From contig JBHGNT010000004.1 in assembly GCA_043228905.1 (NCBI GenBank), positions 4,960,001 to 5,024,000 of the forward strand: a DNA stretch of 64,000 bases. Direction: 5' to 3'. Positions 1 to 12,766 of the stretch are shown one piece after another. Positions within the stretch are counted from its first letter, which is position 1; every line of letters starts with the position of its first letter. This stretch comes from Azolla caroliniana (lineage: Eukaryota; Plantae; Polypodiophyta). The notes under the pieces were generated by a model. That model was not told the origin of the DNA. It searched no databases and saw only the letters and a program-made list of their open reading frames with translations. The translations under genes and the position numbers were made by a program.

Positions 1-1010
1 ACACTGGTCACTGGTAACGCCCGTTGCTTGTGTGTTTTTGATGGGGGTGGTGCCGAGGTGAGAGTAGGATTCCGAGTGGCCGAGGGAGGTGGAGAGGGTG
101 AGGAGTCTTCCCATTCTTCCTAGGTTAACGCCAAAATCTTCTCCCGTTGTTTCCGTGGTGGTGGTGGAGAGGTAAGAATGCGACGAGGGGAAAACGAAGG
201 TGGGTAGAGGACTGTGAGGTAATGATTCATCACAGGTAGCAATTGCTTACCGGATTGAAAAGACTCCAGTGCTGCACGGACTCCTTCGCCGGTGATGATT
301 CCCCAATCGACTTTGTCGCCTTCGTACTCTCTGATGATGATGGCAGCCTTATTCTATGGCATACTCGTGGGATTTGTATGCACAAAGGAGTATTCTATCA
401 AAATTCGAGCGATCTCCCCAAAAGATTTATTTGGTCCTCCGTAAGTGTGGTAAGTTTTTCTCGACATCGAATACATCCCAAAGTATTCCTTGAGGGTCGT
501 GTGAGCAGGAATATCGACTTCATGTTCTTCGCCTCACGTAAGGTCTAGAGCAGCACAAATCATGTTGTTGATTACTGTGTCAAGGTGGATTCTGCGTGCT
601 ATTGCTTGGGCGTCAAGGTGCGCTGGGGCGTCCATGACCCGTAAGTAGCTGCCCAATCCGCGTTGTTGTAGCCAAGAACGGGTTTCCTGTGATGCTGAGA
701 GAAGCATGGTGGACTCGATGTTTTGCTGACAAGGAGAGTGGGGGGAAGCGATGAGACGAGGGCGAGATAGAGAGATTGAAGAAGGTCATTGGGGAGGACA
801 CCGTTGTTCTGTGAAGGGGCTACGAGGGCAAGAGAAGGCATGTTTGTAGGAGCGATGAGAACAAGAGAGAGCTTGGGAGCTTGAAGGCTGTGAAGGCAAG
901 AAAGCTTCTGTGTGAGTGGGCACGTTGTGTGTGGGGTAGTTTCTTTTATGTGACCGCCTAGGGTTTTGTACAGGGAGAAGATCCTTTAGATTCTTAGTTG
1001 TGGCTGCCAT
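1..1010 (-). pseudogene. Additional ORF 3' of integrase in the Gypsy element, unknown function, continues past the window edge
   Basis: One reading frame from ATG 1010 to base 1 (MAATTKNL...EYFGMY...EIARILIEY...EGDKVDWGIITGEG...LLPVMNHYL), broken only by four TGA/TAG stops and no frameshift. Confidence 0.75.
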
Positions 1011-1221
1011 AATAAGGTATTATGGCCACGTGTCACAGGAGTGCTATTCCTTGTGAGGTGTGCATGTTCCTTAAATATTCTACTTTAATGTGAAGGTGAC
1101 TAGTTTGTGCGCCTAAGAAAATGTTGTGATTTGGGGTGATTTGTTAGGTAGTTTAGGTAAGGCTAATTTAAATGCTAAAACTATTCCTAATATATAATTT
1201 TGGTGGGTAGGTCATTATTTT

Positions 1222-4200
1222 ACCGATGGGGGCACATAGCCTCCTTCGTGGCGTCGTCCGTGAACTGGTCCATGCCATGAGACTCGGCGAAGGGATTATT
1301 TGGGGTATTTCCTTGGTAAGGTCGAAGTCGGAATCCATTTATCCAGCTTTGACGATGTCTCTGGCAAGTGTGTCGAGCTGGAATGTGCCGTTAAACTCGT
1401 CAATTATCCAGAAGGGGCTTCTCCATCGGAATCGTAATTTCCCCAGCATAGCACCGAGTCGTGTTTGGAAGACTAGTATCAGTTTGCCGATGGTCAGTGT
1501 TTTCTCCGTACCTTTCCGGTGACGATCGACGAAGGCTTTGCGTTGTTGTTGGCGTTGTTCCAGTTGAGCCATGCTGGCCACTCGATGTTCGCCGAGTTCG
1601 AGGAGTTGTTCGAGCCGATATTGCTCTGATTGGGCCTCGGGTAGCCTTTCCTTAACCTGAACTTGGAGACTCCGAACTTGGAACTCGATCGGCATGACTG
1701 CTTCCAAACCAAAGGTCATCCGAAAGGGTGTAGATTGAATGCTAGTTTTAAATGTGGTGTGATATGCCCATAATGCACTCTGGAGCTTGTCATCCCAATC
1801 AGTGTGGTTCTCATTCACGATCTTTTTCAGGATTGTTTGCAAAATTTTATTAGTAGATTCCACCAATCTGTTTGCCTGAGGATAGTACGGTGTACTTTTC
1901 TTATGTAGTGAGCTCCTGAATTATGTGGTTTATAAAATGCCTGCCTTGGTCACTAATGAGCTCGATTGGGCATCCATATCGGCATCATAGATGTTCGTAA
2001 ACGAACTTTGTCGTGGATGCAGCCGTGTTTTCCCGTAGTGCCTTAGCCTCGACCCATTTTGTGCAATAGTCCGTGGCCACGATTATATATTTGTTCTAGG
2101 TGCGAGTTGCCACTGGTTTGAAAGGTCCCACAAAATCTAACCCCTACTTTTGAAATGGTTCTAACGGAAGAATGGGTTGGTGCGGCATCCGGGCTTGCTC
2201 GGTCAGTTGTCCCATGCGTTGATACAAATTGCACTGTCGACAAAATTCATGAGCATCTTTTTTCGTTATAGGCCACCATAAGCCACTCTGCCATATTTTT
2301 CTTGTTGTGGCCCCTCCAGCGTAATGTCCCCCCGCGATTCCGTGATGTGCCTCTTGGAGGATTGTGTGTTTCTCGAATTGATGGATTGCACGGTGCCAAA
2401 TGCCATCCGAGCCTTTGTGGTAGAGGGTGTCGGAGACCAGACAAAAGTTTCGGCTCCAGACAGCTAGTCGTTTCCGAGCGTCGAGGGTTAGGTGGTCAGG
2501 AGCAAGGCCGGTGCTGAGGAAATGGGTCATCTCCGTGATCCATTCATCTTCATTTTTGTTTGGCACTGTTACCAGACTAAAAAGGGCGGCGTTGGGTAGA
2601 TCATCATGCGTGGACTCGACTGGTTCTCCTGACTCGAGGCGGCTTAGGTATTCAGCTACAGCGTGTTGGACTCCGGGCCGGTGTTGGATCTGAAAATCAA
2701 ACTCTTGTAGCAGGAGCATCCATCGAACCAGGCGACCTGTGAGGGCCTATTTATTAACCAAGTAGAGGAGAGCCGAGTGATCGACGTGGAATGTGAATTT
2801 CCGGCCCAAGAGATAATGTCGGAATTTGTTGATGTTGTAGACCATACCGAGGGCCTCGCGTTCAGTTGTTGAGTAGTTCTCCGCGACCGAGAGTCTTCGG
2901 CTAGCGTAATACACTGGCCAGTACCAATTTCGTGGTGTGTGCTGCATGAGCACGCTGCCGATGGCTATATCTGATGCGTCTACGGAGACGTGAAAAGGTT
3001 CTGACCAGACTGGTGGTTGTACAACAAGGTCATGGGAGAGCATTAACTTCAAGGATTGGTAAGCCTTGTCTTCTATTGAAGCCCACTGAAATGGGAGTCT
3101 ATGCACAACCGTGTGCAATGGAGTCGCGAAATCGTCTAGGTGTCGTAACATCCGGCTATGCCATCTGATTTGGCCTAGGAATCGGTTGAGGGCCTTCGCG
3201 GTAGAGGACGCAAGAGCGTTCAAAATGGCTTGCACTTTATCCGGGTCCATGTCGATACCTTCCTGACTGACTATGTGCCCGAGCAGGTTGCCGCTTGTTA
3301 CCAAGAACGCGTATTTTGCCGGATTTAAGCTCAATCGAGCTTGTTGACATTGATCGAGACAGAGGCGTAACTGGGTCATATGCTCCAGCCGTTGGCCATA
3401 CACATCAAAGTCGTCAAGGAAAACTTGCATGAATGCCGGGATATACTCGTTGAAAATCTCGGTGATGATGTGTTGGAATGTGGCCGGTGCCGTTTTTAAT
3501 TCGAGCATCATTACCTCGGCCACGAAGACACCCCATTCCGTGACAAACACCGTTTTCTCCTGATCGTCCGGGTGTATTCTGATTTCAGGTTATAGCCACA
3601 TCAAGAAAACTGTAGCATTCATGACTAGCAACCGTGTCGAGGACACTATCCGTGAATGGGAGAGGAAACCCATCCATGATTGTTGTGGCATTGAGTTTGT
3701 GGTAATCAACGCAAACACGGATTTTCCCGTTTTTCTTGGGGACAGCGACGATTGGGCTTAACCATGTGGCTCTTTTTATTGGGCGTATAAAACCTACTCG
3801 GAGGAGCTTGTCGATTTCCTCTTTGACCTTAGCCGCGTAGTAGGGGTTCATATGGTACCGTCGTTGTTGGATTGGCCGAGCATCAGGCAGGAGGTGTATT
3901 TGGTGTTGGTAATATTGGGGATCCAATCCCTTCATATCAGTGTAAGACCATGCGAATACATCCTAATACTCCGTGAGCAGGCGTATGAGGGCTGACCGTT
4001 CGTCGGTTGGTAAGTTGTTAGCGATTTGTAGTGTACGCGGGTTCTTGTCGGAGCCGAGGTTCAGTGACTCGAGCGTTGATGCTTTGATTCGCTGGGAGAT
4101 GGCGAGTTCTCATTCAAATGCGTCCCGAGCTTGTCGTAATTCCACGATAGTTGTGGAATCAGGCTCGTACTGGGGAAGTGAATCTATCGTGACATCCTTG

Positions 4201-6372
4201 TCCGGTGGTGTGCTGAAGGCCGAGATTGCGTTTATTTCGAAGAGGGGTATGATAGTGGGATGATCTTCCAGGAAGTTATCCACCTCTTCGTCGGCTAACC
4301 CGTTGAGCATGTGTACCCCTTCCACATATAAGGGTGTGGTGTTGTGGGGCGTGGTTAGGCATTCTTCTATTATTATCTGTACCTTGGTCTTCCCCCGACG
4401 GAAAGAGATCATATTTCGTTGCCAATGTTGCTTAATATTTGCTCTACATAGCCAAGGTCGTCCAAGCAACATTGGGTAGGCGCCCGGAGCTTCGAGGCGT
4501 AACACGACTGCCGAGATAGTGAACATGTGGCCTCCTAACATGAAGTCGAGGTGGCGGATTAACCCTATGGGGCGAACCAATCGCGTATCAGCCATCCGAA
4601 GCAAAAAGGGGCAAGGTTCCCATTGGTTCAGACCGAGTGTGTGACATGTGGCCTCGCTGATGACGTTCACACCGGAGCCACCGTTGATTATGCATCCCTG
4701 AAGGTCGCGTCCTTTAATCATGATTTTCACGACTGGATTCTGGGAATCCATGATGGGTGGGCCCATCCCTGGCTCTCTCAGGTTAACAGGAGGTGCGGTT
4801 AATTTGTCGTTAGTTGTGAGCGTAGCCAAGGTATCCCGAAAGCGTGGCATAAGCGGTAAGAGCTTATGCAATGGCAACGAGATCCTAGAACTAGTAAGGG
4901 CATCTCACAAATGGTCATCTTCTGCCGCGGTGGATGGTCCTGTGGACTGTGGTGCTCCGATGATCACATCCTGCATCTTTGTGTGCATCCGCTCCACGTT
5001 GCTTTTATTGGTTGTGTCAATCCATTCCTTGGCTGCTTGTCGGACGACATCTTGTACTTGCCATTGGATGGCCTAGGTTTTGCTATGTGTAGTGACGTGT
5101 TGAACGTCGCCATAATAATATTCACGGTCGGGGCCTTGCTGCGGTCCGTGGTTGGGCATTGGGTAGCATAGTGGCCAGGTTGGTTACACTTAAAGCAACT
5201 AACCGATGCCGAGTTGCTGGTGTCACCGTGCTCAGTGTGTGGGAGAGGGTGCGAGCGGTTCCCGGCCGCTTGTGTAGGCGTGTTGGCTCGTGGCGCGTTA
5301 TGGTGAAGAGAGTTGTGCGGTTACGTTTGGAGGAGGGTCCCAACGACAATTGTCGTTATGTTGTTGATTGTTCCGCAAACCTCTGTAAGAGTTTCTTCTA
5401 TCGTTTCGTGAATACCGCTGATCGTACCGGTCATCCCGATCGTTGTCGTACCGGTCATACTCATCGTTTGCTCTATATTGGTCATCGCGGTATTGGTCAC
5501 GACAATCGTCCGATCTTCTACGGTTGTCATGGCGGTAGTGGTCGTCGTCGCGGCGTTGACGATCCGGGGATCGTGGTCGCTCGTTATCCCAATGTCGGCA
5601 TGACTGACATTTGTCTTGCCGTGAGTATGTATTTCGAAGCTCGATCTGGCGAACCAGAGCCGTCGTTGTGCGGTTGAGCATGTTGTATTCACATTCTTCG
5701 ATCATGTGAAATCGGGACTGACAGATTGGACAATGTGGCCGGTGAGGGCACTCGAGAGCCCAATGGCCTGAGCCTGAACAAGCTATGCATTGGAGGGCTT
5801 GTCGGAAATGATTGTCCTCCTGACGAAGGGTGCTTTGCAAAGAGCCCATGGAGAAAGTCGTGTTATGTTGTGTCCGATCAATGGCGAGGACACGTGCAAT
5901 GACCTGTTCGATTGTCTGGTTAGAGAAATTGGTAAATGCGACAGTCGTCCGTAGAGGCTCTCGTAGGCTGGAAAGGAAGGTATCCGGAATGTGATGTGCG
6001 GAGACATCGTCGGCCAGTTGTCGACAGAGATCCTGAAACCAGATCGTGAACTAGGCGACCGTCTCGTGAGGTTCTTGGCTCATGGAAAAGAATTGTCAGA
6101 GCAGTTTGCGCTTCGGAACTTCGCGGTGAAATAATTCTAAAAACTTTGTTTGGACATCTTGGAACGTTGTGACCTCCCCCACGTCGAAGCGGGAATACCA
6201 TCGAGCAGTCGGCCCATTGATGGATAGAGCAAATTCCGCAATTTTGGAGGACTCGATTTAGGCAACTGATAGTCGCTACGTCGAGTGGTTGGCCTACCAT
6301 GTGGACACGAAAGCACGGGTGTGCAATTCCAAGTTGGGGCCGTCTATATATCGTGGGTAAGGGTAAGGCATG
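1222..6372 (-). pseudogene. Gypsy gag-pol polyprotein, disrupted
   Basis: ORF fragments 5849-5298 (CCHC knuckles, Arg/Asp-rich tract), 4877-4110 (PR), 3935-2747 (RT/RH), 2719-1339 (IN). The gag core reads from about 6372 with in-frame stops. Confidence 0.9.
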
Positions 6373-6637
6373 GTGTCGAGATCTGGGTGACCTCTGGAGG
6401 GCTTGACAGGGAGATCGGTGCGGAATCAACTCCCGATTAGGTATTGGGTGGCGAGGATTGCAACTGGTGGGCCTCCGATAGGTCCTGGAAAGATTGGTCA
6501 GTGACCGCCGAGTCGGAAGTTCCTACGACTAGCTCAAGGCGTCGGGCAGGTGGCCGAGACCACATGCGGCAATTGGGCGTCGTAATGGCGGTTGAGGTTT
6601 GCCTCCTACATAGTTCGTTGTGACCTTACAGCTATAA

Positions 6638-6649
6638 CCGGGTGTGCCA
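6638..6649 (-). promoter_or_regulatory. Primer-binding site, probably tRNA-Arg
   Basis: TGGCACACCCGG just inside the 5' LTR, complementary to a ...CCGGGTGTGCCA tRNA 3' end. The Arg(UCU) assignment is from memory of plant tRNAs. Confidence 0.75.
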
Positions 6650-6654
6650 AATTG

Positions 6655-7157
6655 TGTTGCCCGTTTCTGGAGGAAACACCTTCGATGAGCCCACAAGCTA
6701 TCGGTATCAAGGGTTCGTGTTACGTGGAGGCTTCTTTTATATCGAGAAGACGTTAGGGGAACGGGGAGCGTACACGGGCTACAACCCGGTAGACGTAGAC
6801 GTAGCTCGGTTTACGAGTACGGGGAGAATACACAGATGAAGGAATAGTAAGAGCGAGATTTATATTAAATGAGAAAGCTCATAGTGATTACAGTACACGA
6901 CTCTCGGCCGGAAACAGTTTTGTACAGAGCTCAGTGCCACGATATTAATCCTACTAAATAATCTAGGTATCTCTCCCCCTTTCGAGGTATGGAGGTCTCG
7001 GCTTATATAGATTTCTTCTTTACACGGAGCCGAGCTGTCGGCTGATTGTGAGGGCTCAAAACTCGACTATTTTAGTTCTACCTATTTCCCCACCTACTTT
7101 TCTACCTACCAGCGAGTTTACATATTTTGTATTTATATTTCGGGCCTATGGACAACA
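6655..7157 (-). repeat. 5' LTR of the Gypsy element
   Basis: TGTTGCCC...GGACAACA imperfect inverted termini, adjacent to the PBS. Confidence 0.8.
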
Positions 7158-7832
7158 TTTGTCATTCTAAAATTGTTTGTACCTTCATGGGGTCCATAGC
7201 ACTACCATATGATGATACAACATACCCTGAAAATTCTACTTAATTCTGGCCGAAACTACACTTTTCTAATTTTGCGTAGAGACCATATTCTCGGAGTCAA
7301 CGCAATACCTGCCAGGAGTAGTACTAAGACAAAGAAGTATTGTCATGAACAGTGTCGAGAAATATGCGGATTAATCTCCAGCCACAACCAAAGGGTAGAT
7401 CACTTGATGATGATCAAACACAGAAGAAATGGGAATGGGGGTAAGTATGCAAAACAGAAAGAGAATACACTGGATGTTAACGTGGAAAACCCTCAGAGGG
7501 AAAAACCACGGGAGTCCACAGACTCCAAACTATCACTATGTCAAATAAATACAACAGGAAGCACAGAGGCAACAACCTCTTGCTCACAGTCTTCGCCTAC
7601 CAGTGCTTACAACAGAGACACGATCTCTGTATATAACTCTCTCTCTCACTCTTACGCATTGTACAGAAGTTACACCAGTAACTCTATCATCATAACTATT
7701 AAGTTTGCCCTAGGTCATATTTATACTAATGTGACTTTCGGGCTATTTACAAATATAGCCCAGTGGGCTCTCTGGAACATATTTACATATATGTCCCTTC
7801 CATCCGATGAGAGGTTCTCACTAGACCTGCAA

Positions 7833-8104
7833 CATCCGGTTCTCACCAGGTCTTCCTTGCCGGGTACTCGTCATCCGGTTATCACCGGGTCTTCCCTGTC
7901 GGGTACTCGTCATCCGGTTCTCACCAGGTCTTCCTTGCCGGGTACTCCACATCCAGTTCTCACCGGGTCTTCCGTTGTCAGGTACTCCACATCCGGTTCT
8001 CACCGGTTCTTCCGTTGCCGGGTACTTCACATCCGGTTCTCACCGGGTCTTCCATTGTCGAGTACTTCACATCCGGTTCTCACCGGGTCTTCCGATGCCA
8101 AGCC
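7833..8104. repeat. 39-40 bp tandem repeat array (7 units) in Copia 3' LTR U3
   Basis: Unit CATCCGGTTCTCACCGGGTCTTCC(G)TTGCCGGGTACTYCA repeated head to tail. Confidence 0.92.
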
Positions 8105-11100
8105 TTCGTATCCCATCCGGAGGGACCAAGATCCTAACAAACTCCCCCTTCACTCCGGCATGGGATGCCTCGTCAATCCGATCCGCTTTCGACATGCGTT
8201 TAGCTTGTCAAGCGTCAGCACCTTGATCAGCATATCCGACCCGTTCTCCTTCGTGTGGATCTTCGTCAGCACGAACTCTCGGTCTTCTAATCGCTCCCGA
8301 ATCCAGTGGTACCTCCACTGGATGTGCTTTGTCCTAGAATGATACGTTGTGTTCTTCGCAAGGTGGATGGCACTTTGACTATCGCAATAGAGCCGGTATT
8401 CCTCTTGCCGGATCCCTAGTTCTTCGATGAAGTCCTTCATCCATAGTATTTCTTTGCCAGCTTCCACAGCCGTCATGTACTCCGCTTCTGTGGTTGACAA
8501 CGCAACCGTCTTCTGCAGCCTCAATTGCCACGAAATAGCTCCCCCCGCATATGTCATGATATATCCGGATGTTTACCAGCTGGTATCCGCATCAGCCGAC
8601 ATATCCGAATCGGTGAAACTGTCAAGTTGGGGTTTTTACCGGAGCCGAATCGAAGACACATACTTGAGGTGTCTTTCAAGTATCGGAGTATCCATTTTAC
8701 CACATTCTAGTGCTCCTTGCCGGGATTGCTCATAAACCGGCTCACTACTCCTACTGCATATCCGATATCTGGTCGGGTGCACACCATTGCGTACCTTAGG
8801 TTCCCGACGGCAGAGGCATATGGTATCTTCATCATATCCGCCTTCTCTGCCTTCGTCTTCGGGCTTTTCTTACCGGATAACATGCAGTTTGCCGGAAGTG
8901 TCGATCCGACCGGTTTCGCATCTGACATGTTGAACCGCTGAAGCACCTTTGTCACGTACTTCTCCTGTGACAACCACAATTGCTTCGTTGGCCGGTCCCG
9001 AATGATATGCATCCCCAGCATCTGTCTTGCCAGACCCAAGTCTTTCATTGAGAAGGTCCGGTTCAGGGCCTTCTTCAGTATCTGTATCTTGACTTGGTCA
9101 CGTCCGATGATCAACATGTCGTCCACGTACAAGAGGAGTATTAGGAAGTCTCCACCTTTGAACTTTTCACAAATACGCAGTGATCGGCCTACGTCTTGTG
9201 GTACCCTTGATCAGTCATGAAGGAACCGAACTTCCAGTACCATTGCTGGGGAGCTTGCTTCAACCCGTAGAGGCTCTTTTTTAACCGGCAAACCAGGTGC
9301 TCCTTCCCTTTCTTCACGAATCCCTCCGGTTGCTGCATGTAAATCTCCTCTTCGAGGTCACCATGGAGGAACGTCGTCTTGACGTCTAACTGCTCTACCT
9401 CGAGGTCCATGTTTGCCGCTATGCTCAGCACTGTCCGGATGGAAGTCATCTTTACTACCGAGGGAAATATCTCATCGAAGTCTACGCTCTTCTTATGCTG
9501 GAACCCCTTCACCATGATCCTGGCTTTGTACCTTAGAGGGTTGCCGGCATCTCCTAGTTTCAGCTTGTACACCCACTTGTTTTGGAGTGCCCTCTTTCCT
9601 TTTCGCAACTCCACCAATTCATATGTGTGGTTCTCATGCAAGGAATTCATCTCGTCCTACATGGCACTCAACCACTTGCGGCTATGGGTGTCATCCTTCG
9701 CTTCTTCAAAGCTTTCCGGCTCCCCCTCATCAGTCAGCAGCACATGCTCTGCATCCGGAAATCTCCAAGGGGCCCTTCTCTCTTTGAGAGGATATCTCCG
9801 TCTTTGGCTTTCGGCAACCAGCTCCTCTATTTGTTCTTCATCCGAATCCGATTCGGGGTCTTGGCTAGTTCCGGTTTCAGCTTCCTCTACTTCTTCTTCT
9901 GCCGATTCGGTATCCTCACCGTAACCGGCTGGTTCTTCGAGTGTCAACCGGATCTTAGCCGGGTGGGTCCGAATCTCATCGGAGCTCATTATCTTCTTCT
10001 CCGACTCCCAGTCGGCAAGAGTCTTGTCCTCCATGAAGATAATATCTCGGCTCCAGAAAACCTTCTTGTCTACCGGATCCCACACTCGGTATCCGAACTC
10101 ATCATCGCTGTATCCGAGGAATATGCATGGCCGGGTCTTTGGATCCAACTTTCCTCTCCGGTCCTTAGCAACATGCACGTACGCGAGACACCCGAACACC
10201 TTCAAATGCCGGTAGGACACTTCCTTAGCGGTCCACACCTTTTGCGGCGTGTCTCCATCCAAGGGCCCTCAGGGTGATCTGTTTATCACATACGTCGTTG
10301 TCGACAGCGCCTCAGCCCAAAACGTCTTGGGTAGTTTAGCATGTGCTAGCATACTCCGGACCCTCTCCATTATGGTCCGGTTCATCCTCTCGGCTAGCCC
10401 ATTTAGTTCCGGCGTCTTCGGCACAATAAATTCGAGCCGGATTCCCTTCGAGCGGTAGTACTCCTCGAATTGCCCCCGGTATTCCCCTCCGTTATCTGCT
10501 CGAACCGCCTTCAGCTTCCGTCTGGTTTCTCTTTCCACTCTTGCGTGGAGCTCCTTGAAGACGGATAACACCTGATCCTTCGTCTTCAATGGTGTGGCCC
10601 ACAGCCTCCTGCTGTGGTCATCTATGAACGTCACAAAGTACTGCGCTCCGACATGGGACTTCGTGTCCATTTGACACACATCGGTATGAACCAACTCCAA
10701 TGGTGCATTACATCTCATCGGTGGCCTTGATCAGAAGGAGGTCCGGTTTTGCTTACCGGCTAGGCAGTCGGTGCACCTCTCAAGATGCATGTTCTTCACC
10801 AGAATGAGGTTTTCATCGGCAAGCTTCTTCATCCCCTTCACGCTCATGTGACACAATCTCTTGTGCCACAGCTCACCGGTAGTGTCAGAAGCCACGTTCA
10901 CTTCTTCCGGGCATAATCGGGCATTAATCAGGTATAGGGTGTTGACCTTCCAGGCCCGAGCCACTATCAGGCTCCCTTTGCTGAATTTCATGACTCCGTT
11001 CCGGATGCTACTCGTGTAGCCTTCATCATCTAGCCGACCAGCTGATATCAGGTTCAGTCGAACCTCCAGAACATGTCGGACATCCTTCAGCAGCAGCTTG

Positions 11101-12455
11101 CATCCGGTTGGTGTTGTCAACCACACGTCTCCTATGCCGACAATTCGGCATGTGCCTTCATTCCCCATCCGGACACAGCCATGATCACTGGCTATGTAGG
11201 ATGAGAAGCATTTCCGGTCCGGGGTAAGGTGGAAGGACGCTCTAGAATCAACAACCCACGTTGTCTCGTCTCCGGCAAGGTTCAACTCACTCTCCTCGGT
11301 GATGAGCATCAACTCTTCTTCATTTGCCGTGATTGCCATCCTTCCCTTTCGGTCCGGTCCCCTCCGGTCTTTACTGTTCCGGTCCGGAGTCTGCTTCAAA
11401 TCGGTACCAGAGTCTTACCAGAGGGATAAACGTTTCCCTTCCGGCCCGGCGTTGCCCAAAGTAACAACCAACGTCTCCTAGCTATCTAGGAGGGAACCGA
11501 GCAGGAGCAGTGCTAGTACCTCATCGGCGAGAGGTACTTCCAATGATGTTGCCTGGTGGATCAGCCCCTGGAAGGCATTCATGTGCTCCGCCATGCTAGA
11601 GCCATCTTGGTACCGGAGTCTTACTAGCTTCCGAAGTACCGAAACCTGATTAACAACATTTTTGTTCTGAAACATAATGTTGATCTTCTCCCAAAGCTCA
11701 TGAGCCTTGCTCTCTTCATTGAAGTTGTTGTATAGGTTCATATCAATGAAGCACCGTATGTACGCCGTTGTCTTCATGTGCATCACCTCCCATATCGTGG
11801 CGTTGATTTTGTCTGGTCTCTTGTCGCCGAACTGAACCGGCAACCAAAGATCTTTAACCACGAGCATGTCCCTCATCTTCGACTTCCACACTGAGTAGTT
11901 GGAGCCGGTGAGCTTGAACATGCCTCCCAACGAATCGTCCATTTTTCTGTGTCGTTTCGCTCTGATACCAAATTTGTCGAGAAATATGCGGAATAATCTC
12001 CGGCCACAACCGAAGGGTAGATCACTTGATGACGATCAAACACAGAAGAAATGGGAATGGGGGTAAGTATGCAAAACAGAAAGACAATACACTGGATGTT
12101 AACGTGGAAAACCCTCAGAGGGAAAAACCACGGGAGTCCACAGACTCCAAACTATCACTATGTCAAATAAATACAACAGGGAGCACACAGGCAACAACAT
12201 CTTGCTCACAGTCTTCGCCTAGCAGCGGTTACAACAGAGACATGATCTCTGTATATCACTCTCTCTCTCACTCTTACGCATTGTACAGAAGTTACACCAG
12301 TAACTCTATCATCATAACTATTAAGTTTGCCCTAGGTCATATTTATACTAATGTGACTTTCGGGCTATTTACAAATATAGCCCCAATGGGCTCTCTGGAA
12401 CATATTTACATATATGTCCCTTCCATCCGATGAGAGGTTCTCACCGGGCCTGCAA

Positions 12456-12766
12456 CATCCAGTTCTCACCGGGTCTTCCTTGTCGGGTACTCGTCATCCG
12501 GTTATCACCGGGTCTTCCCTGTCGGGTACTCGTCATCCGGTTCTCATCGGGTCTTCCTTGCTAGGTACTCCACATCCGGTTCTCACCGGGTCTTCCTTGC
12601 TAGGTACTCCACATCCGGTTCTCACCGGGTCTTCCGTTGCCGAGTACTCCACATCCGGTTCTCACCGGGTCTTCCGTTGCCGGGTACTTCACATCCGGTT
12701 CTCACCGGGTCTTCCGTTGCCGAGTACTTCACATCCAGTTCTCATTGGGTCTTTTGATGTCGGGCC
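12456..12766. repeat. 39-40 bp tandem repeat array (8 units) in Copia 5' LTR U3
   Basis: Same unit as 7833-8104, with one extra copy. Confidence 0.92.

Larger units (their letters stand above)
1..7157 (-). mobile_element. Ty3/Gypsy non-chromovirus LTR retrotransposon, decayed; 3' end lies outside the window
   Basis: Minus-strand order gag, zinc knuckles, protease (IINGGSGVNVIS), RT (WLSPIV, VFLDDF), RNase H (DASDIAIG), integrase (HHGIAGGH/CRQC, GLEAVMP). 5' LTR at 6655-7157 has TGTTG...CAACA termini, followed by a tRNA PBS. Confidence 0.93.

Noticed and set aside
7833-8104. Regular ~39-bp repeats resembling a CRISPR array (also 12456-12766)
   Set aside because: Units are head to tail with no unique spacers, lie inside Copia LTRs, and no cas genes are present in this eukaryotic DNA.
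7209-8342. 377-aa plus-strand ORF
   Set aside because: Runs across two TE junctions and the antisense strand of an LTR and its repeat array; the second LTR copy is frameshifted.
9379-10277. Long plus-strand ORFs over retrotransposon pol regions (also near 4720-5677 and 41762-45849)
   Set aside because: Antisense shadows of GC-rich TE coding sequence with no independent motifs.
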